From NCBI GenBank assembly GCA_029262235.1, contig JAJCZU010000004.1, positions 771,330 to 835,329 on the forward strand: a stretch of 64,000 bases of DNA, written 5' to 3'. Position numbers and translations under genes: made by a program. How positions within the stretch are numbered: position 1 is the first letter of the stretch; each line of letters opens with the position of its first letter. Shown piece after piece: positions 45,710 through 54,807 of this stretch. Source of the DNA: Candidatus Eiseniibacteriota bacterium. GTDB lineage: Bacteria > Orphanbacterota > Orphanbacteria > Orphanbacterales > Orphanbacteraceae. The notes beneath the pieces were generated by a model, which saw only the letters and a list, made by a program, of their open reading frames with translations, did no database searches and was not told the DNA's origin.

Positions 45710-46799
45710 CCCGCCTCTTGCGATTCCGCAAGAAATCTACCAGCACAAAATCACCCACCTGATCCGCCGAGCTGAAGAACGCCCGCCCGCGGTTCTTCTC
45801 CGTGAGTTCCGCGATGAACTGCTCGAGGTACGGATCCTGCGCGACCATGAACGTCGTGATCACGATCCCCTTGCGCCTGCAGACGACGGCTTCGTCGAGC
45901 GTGCGGTTCACGATCATCTCGTCGAGTCCGAAGGTGTTGCGATACGTTCCCTGGCCCGGTATCTGAATCACGGTCGGCTTGCCGTCGGTGATCATGAAGA
46001 TCTGCTTGTTGGGATTCTTGCGCCGCTCGAGAAGTTTGCGCGCGAGCTGCAGTCCGGCTTTCGTGTTCGTGTGGTACGGGCCGACGGCCGTGAACGGCAG
46101 GTCCTTGATGGGCACGGGGCGCGCGTCGTCGCCGAAGAGCACGATGTCGAGCGTGTCTTTGCGGTACCGCGTCATGATGAGTTCGGTGAGCGCGAGCGCA
46201 ACCTGCTTGGCGGGCGTGAAGCGATCTTCGCCGTAGAGAATCATGCTGTGGGAGATGTCGAGCAGCAGCACGGTGGCGCAGGAGGTCGCGAACTCGGAAT
46301 CGTGCACGACGAGATCACGCTCTTCGAGCGGAACGTCGGTGTTCCCTTCGCGCCGTACGGCGTTCCACATCGACGCGTTGAAGTCGATCGCTTCGATGTC
46401 GTCGCCGAACTGAAAGTCGCGCCGCTCGGGAAGCGCCTCGTTCGTGTTGCCGCCGCCGTACGGCGTCATGTGCGCGCCCTGCCCGCCCGACTGCAGATTC
46501 TGGAAGATGCGTTCGAGCGATGATTGGCGAAGCCCCTGCACGCCCTTGTCGGTGAGCTGCATTTTACCCAGTTCGGTGCTCACGATTTCGCGATCGTTCA
46601 GCTGCTTCTGGAACGCGTCGAGGTCGACGCTTTCGTCGAGGTAGCCGCGCTGCTGCAGCTGGCGCATCATTTCCATGGCGCGCTCGGGATCGCCGTTCGA
46701 CTTGAGCAGCAGAAAATTGAACAGGTCGAGCAGCTGCTTGAAATGGCTGAGCTTCTTTAAGAGCTCGGGATCCCAGGAGCCGTAACGAAAGCCGAACAT
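45702..46799 (-). CDS. VWA (von Willebrand factor A) domain protein
   Basis: 'VLLLDISHSM' is a MIDAS DxSxS motif and 'IFMITDGKP' is vWA-like; positioned downstream of the AAA+ gene. Confidence 0.65.
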   Translation of the reverse strand: MFGFRYGSWDPELLKKLSHFKQLLDLFNFLLLKSNGDPERAMEMMRQLQQRGYLDESVDLDAFQKQLNDREIVSTELGKMQLTDKGVQGLRQSSLERIFQNLQSGGQGAHMTPYGGGNTNEALPERRDFQFGDDIEAIDFNASMWNAVRREGNTDVPLEERDLVVHDSEFATSCATVLLLDISHSMILYGEDRFTPAKQVALALTELIMTRYRKDTLDIVLFGDDARPVPIKDLPFTAVGPYHTNTKAGLQLARKLLERRKNPNKQIFMITDGKPTVIQIPGQGTYRNTFGLDEMIVNRTLDEAVVCRRKGIVITTFMVAQDPYLEQFIAELTEKNRGRAFFSSADQVGDFVLVDFLRNRKRRGR

Positions 46800-46809
46800 A
46801 ACGCGCCCC

Positions 46810-48270
46810 CTAAAGGTCGCGCATCATGCGGCTCAGCATGTCGCCGTAGCGCACGGCGCCGCCGATTCCCTCGCGCGAGAGAATCGAATGCTGGTGCATC
46901 GCCTCGAGCACGAACTCCTGCGCGGCAAGGCGCACTTCGGGCGTTTCGGGCTCGAGATAGTTGTCGACGAGTTCGTTCAGGCCGTCGATGCTCGAGAACT
47001 GCGCGGCGAGTTCGCCAGAAAACGGCAGATCCGAGACGTCGATCGTGTTCCCGGCGTTGAACCACGCCGCCACGCGCCCGTAGAGCGGCTCGGATGCGTC
47101 CGGGTGGGCCTTGTCTTCGTGCACGGACGGAAAGTACTCCTGAAAGATCGATTTCACGGCCTTGCCAATCAGGCGTTCCGCCACGATGTTCGGCCCTTCC
47201 TGCTCCCCTTCGTACACGAGTTCGAGCTTGCCCGTGATCGCGGGCAGCACGGCATAGAGATCGCTGAGCCGCGCGGTCGGGCTCGGATCGCCGTTCGCGA
47301 CCATGCGCCGTTCCACGCTGCTCGTCAAAAGCTCCAGTGCCGCGATCGCGAGTCGCGCGCTGACGCCCGAAGTCTGGTCGACGTGTTCGCTGAGGCGCGC
47401 CTGCACCGCGATCTCTTCAATCGTTTCGCGCAGAAAATCGGGCACGGTGACGGCCACGCTGCGATCGGTCGACGCTTCCTGGTCCGTGATCATCATCGCG
47501 TCCTCGAGGCTCTCGGGATAATGCGTGATGATCTGGCTCGCGATGCGGTCCTTGAGCGGCGTTATGATGTTCCCGCGGTTCGTGTAGTCCTCGGGATTCG
47601 CCGTGAACAGAAAGATCATGTCGACCGCGAGGCGAATCGGAAAGCCGCGTATCTGCAGATCACGTTCTTCGAGAAGATTCAAAAGGCCGACCTGAATGCG
47701 CGGCTGAAGATCGGGGATCTCGTTCAGACAGAAGAGGCCGCGGTTCGTGCGCGGCACGATGCCGTAATGAATCACGCGTTCGTCAGAGAGATCGAGCCGT
47801 TCGCGCGACGCCCGGATCGGGTCGATGTCGCCGATAAGATCAGCCATGCTGACGTCGGGTGTCGCGAGCTTTTCCTGATAGCGCGCGGAGCGGTGCAGCC
47901 AGGCGACGGGCGTGTCGTCGCCCGCTTCTTTCACGAGCGTGCGCGCGAAGTGCGAGGCGGGGCGAAGCGGATCATCGTTCAGGGGGGCGCCGTCGACAAC
48001 GGGCGTCCATTCGTCGAGGAACGCCGAGATCGCGCGACAGACTCTCGTCTTCGCCTGGCCGCGCAGGCCGAGCAGAAGGAGGTCGTGGCGCGAAAGAAGC
48101 GCGTTCACGATCGCGGGAATCACCGAGTCGTCGTAACCGACGATGCCGGGAAAAAGCGTGCGCTTTTCGCGGATCGCGTCGAGCAGGTTCGCGCGCACTT
48201 CGTCGCGGATGCTCCGGGATTCGTAGCCGCTCGCCTTGAGCGCGCCGAGGGTGCCTGGCTTTTGCTGCAT
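46810..48270 (-). CDS. MoxR/ChlI-like AAA+ ATPase
   Basis: Walker A 'GLRGQAKT' is the MoxR-style GxxGxAKT. The sensor / arginine-finger region 'IFLFTANPEDY...TPLKDRI' is present. The Walker B position reads 'LFCLNEI', with N in place of the usual D. The start (48270 vs 48354) is uncertain. Confidence 0.6.
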   Translation of the reverse strand: MQQKPGTLGALKASGYESRSIRDEVRANLLDAIREKRTLFPGIVGYDDSVIPAIVNALLSRHDLLLLGLRGQAKTRVCRAISAFLDEWTPVVDGAPLNDDPLRPASHFARTLVKEAGDDTPVAWLHRSARYQEKLATPDVSMADLIGDIDPIRASRERLDLSDERVIHYGIVPRTNRGLFCLNEIPDLQPRIQVGLLNLLEERDLQIRGFPIRLAVDMIFLFTANPEDYTNRGNIITPLKDRIASQIITHYPESLEDAMMITDQEASTDRSVAVTVPDFLRETIEEIAVQARLSEHVDQTSGVSARLAIAALELLTSSVERRMVANGDPSPTARLSDLYAVLPAITGKLELVYEGEQEGPNIVAERLIGKAVKSIFQEYFPSVHEDKAHPDASEPLYGRVAAWFNAGNTIDVSDLPFSGELAAQFSSIDGLNELVDNYLEPETPEVRLAAQEFVLEAMHQHSILSREGIGGAVRYGDMLSRMMRDL

Positions 48271-48630
48271 GAGCTTCCTTTTGTCGGGAACAGGGGGGAG
48301 GGGCTCGATCCATTCGAGTTCGTATATAATAGTAAGGGCTGCCCGGGGGATCAAGGCGGCGCCGGTGATTGGACCGAAGCGGGGAACGATTTGACGTGGC
48401 TCCCGATTCTCCGTATCCTGAATCTATAACGATTCTGTGAGCAACGCTCCGACCGACGATCGCCTAACGTGATGAACCATGGCGGCTTCGGCGACAGGGT
48501 CCCTCTGGAAACGGGCGGGCCTCCCGTGTTTGGAAAGGAGCGATGCGGAACCGGCTGATCAACGCGATCGGTCCGGCTGTTTCGCGTTCGCCTTTTCCTG
48601 GCTCACACCCCTCGGGGAAAAGGCGATGCC

Positions 48631-49926
48631 ATGCTTTCCTTCGAAGATGCCATCAAAAGTACTTTGCAAGCCGTGCAGGCTGTCGAAACCGAAGCGATGC
48701 CGCTTCTGGGCGCCCAGGGACGCGTGCTGCGCGCGCCGGTGACCGCCGATCGCGATCTGCCGCCGTTCGACCGGAGCGAGCGTGACGGTTTTGCCGTGCG
48801 CGCCGAAGACTGCGCGAATGGAAAAGCGACCCTGCCCGTTCACGCGCGCACGATTTACGCGGGCGACGAGCCGGGCGCCGCGATCGAACCGGGGACGGCC
48901 ATCCGCATCATGACGGGGGCCCCGCTTCCCGAAGGCGCGAACGTGGCGGTTCCGGTCGAGAAGACGATCGAGACGGGCGCGGGTGAGGCGGGCGAGGTGG
49001 CCGGCGCGGATGCCGGCGTTCGCCCGCGGGTGGTCATCGACTATCCCGCGATCAAGCCCGGGCTTCATGTGCATCCGCGCGGCTCCGATGCGCGCGCCGG
49101 CGCACTGCTGCTCGATACGGGCACCGTGCTCGGCCCGTCCGAAATCGCCGCGGCGGCCTCGGTGGGCGCCGGTACCGTGACAGTTTCCCGCCGCATTCGC
49201 GTCTCCGCGCTTTCTACAGGCGACGAACTCGTAGCGATCGAGGACGCGCCCGGCCCCGCGGCCATTCGTGACTGCAACGGGCCCGTGATTCTCGCGATGG
49301 CGTCCGCGCATCCGTGGATTCACGCGATCGGGTCGTATCGCGCGCCCGACGATCGTGGCGTGTTGCGCGAAACCATCGCGCGCGCGCTCGAGAGCGCCGA
49401 CGTGCTCGTACTTTCCGGCGGCGTGAGCATGGGAACGAAGGACTTCGTGCCCGGCGTGCTGGCGGAGCTCGGCGTAGAACAGATCTTTCACAAGACCGCC
49501 ATTCGCCCCGGGAAGCCGCTCTGGCTCGGCGCCGCGCCGAACGGGGCGCACGTTTTCGGCCTCCCGGGAAATCCGGTCGCCGTGCAGGTCACGTTTCGCG
49601 AAATCGTAATGCCGGCGCTTCGCAAACTGGCGGGCATGGCGCGCACGAGCGGCCCCGAATATGTGCTCCCTCTGGCGATACCCGTTTCGAAATCGATTCC
49701 GTTCCGTCAGTTCGTCCCCGCCCGCGTCGTGCCGGGCAATCCGGCGGGCGAACCGCACAAATCGCCGCTTTGCTCGTGCTCGCACGCGCTGCCGCTCGAC
49801 CATCGCGGGTCGGGCGACTTCGTTTCCGCCGCGCGCGCCGAGGGCGTGATCGTGCTGCCCGAAGGGCCGCACGAGTTCAGGGCGGGCGACCCGGTCATGT
49901 TTCACCCCTGGGGACCATCATGCTAG
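48631..49926 (+). CDS. moeA: Molybdopterin molybdenumtransferase
   Basis: MoeA-family similarity throughout ('GPVILAMASA', 'LSGGVSMGTKDF', 'GLPGNPVA'). Confidence 0.8.
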   Translation: MLSFEDAIKSTLQAVQAVETEAMPLLGAQGRVLRAPVTADRDLPPFDRSERDGFAVRAEDCANGKATLPVHARTIYAGDEPGAAIEPGTAIRIMTGAPLPEGANVAVPVEKTIETGAGEAGEVAGADAGVRPRVVIDYPAIKPGLHVHPRGSDARAGALLLDTGTVLGPSEIAAAASVGAGTVTVSRRIRVSALSTGDELVAIEDAPGPAAIRDCNGPVILAMASAHPWIHAIGSYRAPDDRGVLRETIARALESADVLVLSGGVSMGTKDFVPGVLAELGVEQIFHKTAIRPGKPLWLGAAPNGAHVFGLPGNPVAVQVTFREIVMPALRKLAGMARTSGPEYVLPLAIPVSKSIPFRQFVPARVVPGNPAGEPHKSPLCSCSHALPLDHRGSGDFVSAARAEGVIVLPEGPHEFRAGDPVMFHPWGPSC

Positions 49927-50894
49927 TCGACAAACACGGCCGTCTCGCGGATCGCCTTCGCATCGGGCTCACGGATCGTTGCGACCTGCGCTGCACCTAC
50001 TGCATGCCGCTTCACGGCAATGTGTTCGCCCCGAAATCGGATCTCCTGACGAACGAAGAAATCGTGCGCGTGGCCCGCTTTCTCGTAAAGCGCACCGGTC
50101 TCACGCGGATTCGGCTGACGGGCGGCGAACCGCTGCTGCACCCGGGGCTCGAAGAACTCGTGCGCGATCTCGCGACGCTCGATATCGAAGATCTCGCCCT
50201 TACGACGAACGCGCAGCTGCTCGCGGATCACGCGGAGGGTCTTGCGCGGGCGGGGCTGCGCCGCGTGAACATCTCGCTCGACACGCTGCAGCCCGCGCGG
50301 TTTGATGCGATGGCGCGCGTCGGGAAACTGGAGCGCACGCTCGAGGGGATCGACGCCGCGATCGAAGCCGGTCTCGGCCCCGTGAAGCTGAACTGTGTCG
50401 TGATGCGCGGCGACAATGACGACGAAGTGGGCGATCTCGTACGCTATGCTCTCGATCGCGACCTCGAACTCCGCTTCCTGGAGCTCATGTCGATCGGTGA
50501 AGCGGCCGCGTTTCATTCTGAGAAGTACGTGACGAGCGAAGACACGAGGGCGCGGCTCGCGCGCGAATTCACGATTGAAGAGCGGCCGTTCGAAGCAGGC
50601 GAAACGGCGCACGTGTTCGGCATTCGAAACGGCACGCGCAGAGGGAGCGTCGGTTTCATTTCGCCCGTCAGCAAGCCGTTCTGCACCTCGTGCCGCAGGC
50701 TTCGGCTGTCGGGGACGGGCGTGCTGCGCGGTTGTCTCATGAACGCCGCGGGCCCGGACGTGCGGGCGATTATTCGATCGGGCGACGCCGACTGGGAAGA
50801 ACAGCTCGCGCGCACGGTGCTGACCGCGATCAATCAGAAGCCGTGGCTCAGTACGATGGAAACGCAGGTCGCGATGCACAGGCTGGGCGGCTGA
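49920..50894 (+). CDS. moaA: GTP 3',8-cyclase (radical SAM)
   Basis: 'CDLRCTYCMP' radical-SAM CxxxCxxC; the C-terminal second cluster 'CTSCRRLRLSGTGVLRGC'. ATG at 49920 overlaps the moeA end by 7 nt; the upstream 200 aa of the track ORF are junk. Confidence 0.8.
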   Translation: MLVDKHGRLADRLRIGLTDRCDLRCTYCMPLHGNVFAPKSDLLTNEEIVRVARFLVKRTGLTRIRLTGGEPLLHPGLEELVRDLATLDIEDLALTTNAQLLADHAEGLARAGLRRVNISLDTLQPARFDAMARVGKLERTLEGIDAAIEAGLGPVKLNCVVMRGDNDDEVGDLVRYALDRDLELRFLELMSIGEAAAFHSEKYVTSEDTRARLAREFTIEERPFEAGETAHVFGIRNGTRRGSVGFISPVSKPFCTSCRRLRLSGTGVLRGCLMNAAGPDVRAIIRSGDADWEEQLARTVLTAINQKPWLSTMETQVAMHRLGG

Positions 50895-50968
50895 CGAACG
50901 GCAGGGCCGGGCATCGCCGCGCCGGCAACCAGAAGACAGCATACGCAGAACGGGATGGAGGCTGCGCT

Positions 50969-51445
50969 TTGGAAGAGAAACGACTGTCGCACATCGGGGA
51001 TGATGAACGGGCGCGCATGGTCGACGTGTCGCCGAAGTCCGAAACCGTGCGTATGGCGCGGGCCGAAGCGATCGTGCGCGTCGGCGCGGAAGTCGCCGCG
51101 CTCCTTCGCTCGACGGGTTCCGTGGCGAAGGGGAACGTCATCGAGACGGCGCGTATCGCCGGGATCATGGCGGCGAAGAGAACGGCCGAACTCGTGCCGA
51201 TGTGCCATCCGCTGATGCTCGATCATATTGCGATCGACGGCAATCTCGACGGCGACCGCCTGACCATGCAGTGCGAAGTGCGATGCACCGGACGCACCGG
51301 CGTCGAGATGGAAGCGATGCTCGGCGCGTCCGTCGCCGCGCTCACGGTGTACGACATGTGCAAGTCGGCGTCGAAGGGAATCGAAATCGAAGGCGTTCGT
51401 CTTCTCAATAAAGAAGGCGGCAAGAGCGGGAAGTGGGAACGATGA
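50969..51445 (+). CDS. moaC: Cyclic pyranopterin monophosphate synthase
   Basis: 'LSHIGDDERARMVDVSPK', 'IAGIMAAKRT..LVPMCHPL' and 'TGRTGVEMEAMLGASVAALTVYDMCK' match MoaC throughout. Probable TTG start at 50969; no in-frame ATG is upstream of the conserved N-terminus. Confidence 0.75.
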   Translation: MEEKRLSHIGDDERARMVDVSPKSETVRMARAEAIVRVGAEVAALLRSTGSVAKGNVIETARIAGIMAAKRTAELVPMCHPLMLDHIAIDGNLDGDRLTMQCEVRCTGRTGVEMEAMLGASVAALTVYDMCKSASKGIEIEGVRLLNKEGGKSGKWER

Positions 51446-51891
51446 GTAACGCACGCGGAACGGTGCTCGCCGTCCAGATTTCGCCCGGCGGCATTCCGAA
51501 GATGCCGGTCGAAGAGGCGGTCGTCGGTCGCATGGGAATCGAGGGCGACGGACGCGATCACGCGAAGCACTGGAAAGAGGAGCGCGCGATCTCGATTCAG
51601 GATCTCGAGCTCATCGAACAGATCCGGGGCGACGGTTACGATGTGGCCCCCGGCGTTATGGGCGAGAATCTAACGGTGAAAGACCTGCACGTACAGACGC
51701 TGATCCCCGGCACCAAGCTTCACTTTTCGGGCGGGCTCGTGCTCGAACTGACCGGTCCGCGCAAACCGTGTTTCGTGCTCGACACGATCGACGAGAAGCT
51801 GAAAGATGACGTGATCAATCGAATCGGATACATGGCACGCGTGGTGCAGGAACATACGATCCGTCCTGGCGAAACGGTGTGGGCGGAGTGA
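51442..51891 (+). CDS. MOSC-domain protein
   Basis: 150 aa; the C-terminal 'PCFVLDTI..RIGYMARVVQEHTIRPGETV' is MOSC-like. ATGA overlap with moaC. Confidence 0.6.
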   Translation: MSNARGTVLAVQISPGGIPKMPVEEAVVGRMGIEGDGRDHAKHWKEERAISIQDLELIEQIRGDGYDVAPGVMGENLTVKDLHVQTLIPGTKLHFSGGLVLELTGPRKPCFVLDTIDEKLKDDVINRIGYMARVVQEHTIRPGETVWAE

Positions 51892-51953
51892 CACGAGATC
51901 GGGCCGGCCGTGCGGATCAAGAGGGCGAATCCGGTCGCAGAACAGAACGCTCG

Positions 51954-52532
51954 ATGCCCGTTCCCGCTTACCCGCATACGGCGGCGCTTCTCGTCGGCGG
52001 AAAGAGCACGCGCATGGGGCAGGCGAAAGTCGGCCTCCGGTTCGAAGACGGCAGCACGCTCGGCGAACGGATCGTCGCCACACTGCAGGCGATGACGCGT
52101 GAAGTCGTTCTCGTCGGCACATGCGAAGATCTTCCCGCGCCGCTTCGTGCACTTCCCGCGATTCCCGATCTGCGCACCGGCGAAGGTCCGCTCGCAGGAT
52201 GGGAGGCGCTACTCGCTTCGGGCCGCGACAGCGAATACCTGGTGCTCTCGTGCGACCAGCCCGTTCTCGATGCCGCACCGCTGGTTCCGCTTCTCGCCGT
52301 ACCCTCCGCGCCCGCATTTCTTCTCGTGAACGAACCGATGCCCGCGCGCCTCAGCGCCGCGCTTCTGCCGCAGGTGAGCGCCGCGCTCGACAAGGGCAAC
52401 CGCTCGCTGCGCGATCTCATGGTCACGATTCCCTCTGCGCACTTCGCCCAGTTCCCGTCCGGCGCACGGCCCATTCCGAATCTGAACACGCCCGCAGACT
52501 GGGCGGCGTTTCAGAAAACGTTGGCGCGATGA
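51954..52532 (+). CDS. mobA: Molybdenum cofactor guanylyltransferase
   Basis: 'AALLVGGKSTRMGQAK' is the MobA N-terminal nucleotide-binding motif. ATG at 51954. Confidence 0.7.
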   Translation: MPVPAYPHTAALLVGGKSTRMGQAKVGLRFEDGSTLGERIVATLQAMTREVVLVGTCEDLPAPLRALPAIPDLRTGEGPLAGWEALLASGRDSEYLVLSCDQPVLDAAPLVPLLAVPSAPAFLLVNEPMPARLSAALLPQVSAALDKGNRSLRDLMVTIPSAHFAQFPSGARPIPNLNTPADWAAFQKTLAR

Positions 52533-53962
52533 CGAACGCGAACGACCGCCAGAAGCTCAGTGATCTCTTTCGTGAGCACACCGGCGCCGCCCCGGAAGAC
52601 GTAACCTCGCTCCGGGGCGACGGGTCGGACCGCCGGCTCTATCGGCTGGCCGGCCCCGTTTCGATGATCGGCGTCGCGCACGAGAACAGGCGCGAAAACG
52701 ACTCGTTCGTTGCGCTCAGCCGCCATTTCCGCGACCGGTCGCTCCCCGTGCCCGCGATTTACGTTTATGACGCGGACGCGCACATCTATCTCGAAGAGGA
52801 CCTCGGCGACACCACACTTGCAGACTGGCTCGCCCGCGCGAAGGGCGCCGACGACGAGCGCCGGAAACTGATCGACAGCGTTGTCGCCTGGCTTCCGCGC
52901 TTTCAGATCGAAGGGTCGGAAGGGCTCACGGACGACGTCTTCTCGTCGCACGCTCGCTTTCTGCCCAAAACGGCCGAAGCGGACCTCGACTACTTTCGCG
53001 ACTCGTTTCTCGGGCTGCTCTATGACGGCGAATGGGACGCGGCGAAGCTCGATCGCGACTGCCGGGAACTCGTCCGGCTTCTTGCCGACTCGGACTCCGA
53101 TTTCTTCCTGTATCGCGACTTCCAGGCCCGCAACATGATGGTGCGGAACGGCGCGCTCTCGTTCATCGACTATCAGTCGGGGCGCCGCGGTCCGCTCGCG
53201 TACGATCTCGCCTCGTTCCTCTATTCTTCGACGACGCATTTTTCGACGCGCGAGCGAAACGAGCGTATCGATCTCTATGTGCGCGAAGCGAGCCACCTCA
53301 CGAAATTCGACGAAACCCGTTTTCGCGAAAGCTTTCCCCTGGTTGCCCTCATCCGCAATCTGCAGACGCTCGGCGCGTACGGGAACCTCGGAGTGCGCAA
53401 AGGGAAGGCGCTTTTCCTGCGGAACGTGCCCGCGAAGGTGAACACGATCGTCGGACTCTTCCGTGAGGCCGGTCTTCGTGATACGTTTCCGGCGATCTAC
53501 GACATTCTGGCGCGGATCGGGCGCTCGCCGCGCAAGGCGCTGAAGGGGATGCACATGACTGACGAGATGCTCGTCGAAATCCACAGTTTCTCGTATCACA
53601 AATCCGGCATCCCGCGCGACGAGCGGGGGCACGGAGGCGGGTTCGTGTTCGACTGCCGCTTTCTGCCGAACCCGGGGCGTGAGGAAGGCTACGACACGCT
53701 CGACGGACGCGATACGGAAGTGCGCGTCTATCTCGAGAAGCGAAGCGAGGTCGAGGCGTTCTGGGTGCATGTGCGCAGCATCGTCGAAGAAGCGGTGCGC
53801 GCGTACGAGAAGCGCGGCTTCCAGTCGCTCTCGATCGCGTTCGGCTGCACGGGCGGGCAGCATCGCAGCGTCTACTTCGCCGAGCGCCTGTTCGCCCATC
53901 TCTCGCGCGAGGGAAAGATGTGTCGCCTGCGCCATGACGATCTGCAGGAGGACGCGGATTGA
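52529..53962 (+). CDS. Fusion protein: N-terminal aminoglycoside-phosphotransferase-like sugar kinase (AmgK-like anomeric MurNAc/GlcNAc kinase) plus a C-terminal RapZ (YvcJ/YhbJ) C-terminal-domain homolog
   Basis: APH-like kinase motifs ('LYRDFQARNMMV', 'FIDYQSG'). The C-terminal 'FVFDCRFLPNPGRE...SIAFGCTGGQHRSVYFAERL' matches the RapZ C-terminal domain (GCTGGxHRSV). ATGA overlap with mobA; the upstream 136 aa of the track ORF are junk. Confidence 0.6.
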   Translation: MTNANDRQKLSDLFREHTGAAPEDVTSLRGDGSDRRLYRLAGPVSMIGVAHENRRENDSFVALSRHFRDRSLPVPAIYVYDADAHIYLEEDLGDTTLADWLARAKGADDERRKLIDSVVAWLPRFQIEGSEGLTDDVFSSHARFLPKTAEADLDYFRDSFLGLLYDGEWDAAKLDRDCRELVRLLADSDSDFFLYRDFQARNMMVRNGALSFIDYQSGRRGPLAYDLASFLYSSTTHFSTRERNERIDLYVREASHLTKFDETRFRESFPLVALIRNLQTLGAYGNLGVRKGKALFLRNVPAKVNTIVGLFREAGLRDTFPAIYDILARIGRSPRKALKGMHMTDEMLVEIHSFSYHKSGIPRDERGHGGGFVFDCRFLPNPGREEGYDTLDGRDTEVRVYLEKRSEVEAFWVHVRSIVEEAVRAYEKRGFQSLSIAFGCTGGQHRSVYFAERLFAHLSREGKMCRLRHDDLQEDAD

Positions 53963-54747
53963 CCGGCATGGTCCTCGCTGCCGGCCTCGGAAAGCGCCTG
54001 CGCCCCGTTACCATCCGTACGCCGAAAGCGCTGATTCCGGTGCGCGGGAAGCCGTTACTCCAGTGGGCGCTCGACAAGCTCGGGCGCGTCGGTGCCGACC
54101 CCATCTACGTCAACGTGCATCATCATGCGCCGTTCGTGCGGACGTTTCTTTCCCAGATTGAAACGGCGGAAGAGATTCGCGTGGTCGAAGAGGATCCGGT
54201 TCTCGAAACGGGGGGCGGCATTCGTAATGTCGCGCGAATGATGGAAACGGATGCGGCGGGCGGAAAGACTGCAGGTGGCTCCCGCGCCGGGAGCGACACC
54301 TCGGGCACGCGCGACTCCCTGCTGATTCACAACGCCGACGTCCTCTCGTCGCTCCCGCTCGATCGTTTTCAGGATGCGTTCGAATCCGGAAAGTACGACG
54401 CGTATCTTGCCGTGCAGACGCGCAAGACGAGCCGGCCGATCGCGATCGATTCCGAGGGATTGCTTTCCGGGCGTTTCGGTGAAGAGCCGGTCCGGCCGGC
54501 CGATTCTCTGACGCCCGTCGGCTACAGCGGGATTCTGGCGATCACGCACGCCACGGCGCTGGCGCTCCCGGGCGAAGGATCGTTTCCCTTGATCGACTCT
54601 CTGCTCGCACTCATTCAGGAGGGCGCGCGCGTAGGAACGTATCCGATGGACGGCGCGTACTGGACCGACGTCGGCACGATGAAACGCTGGACGCAGGTCG
54701 AGCACGATCTCGCGAACGGCGTCATCGCACCGGAAGCGCTTGCGTGA
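53959..54747 (+). CDS. Sugar-1-phosphate nucleotidyltransferase (MurU-like)
   Basis: 'MVLAAGLGKRLRP' is the G-x-G-x-R-L NTP-transferase motif. The track start is a TTG at 53959 overlapping the kinase stop; the ATG at 53968 is an alternative. Confidence 0.65.
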   Translation: MTGMVLAAGLGKRLRPVTIRTPKALIPVRGKPLLQWALDKLGRVGADPIYVNVHHHAPFVRTFLSQIETAEEIRVVEEDPVLETGGGIRNVARMMETDAAGGKTAGGSRAGSDTSGTRDSLLIHNADVLSSLPLDRFQDAFESGKYDAYLAVQTRKTSRPIAIDSEGLLSGRFGEEPVRPADSLTPVGYSGILAITHATALALPGEGSFPLIDSLLALIQEGARVGTYPMDGAYWTDVGTMKRWTQVEHDLANGVIAPEALA

Positions 54748-54807
54748 TCGTGTAGCGATCAGAATCCGCCTCACCGGCATCTCGCCGAATGCGCCTCGCC
54801 CGCCCCG

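Noticed and set aside
48559-53935. Antisense ORFs across the Moco operon (48559..49905 -, 49923..50942 -, 52511..53935 -)
   Set aside because: Arg-rich junk opposite moeA, moaA and the kinase-RapZ fusion, all of which have strong family signatures.
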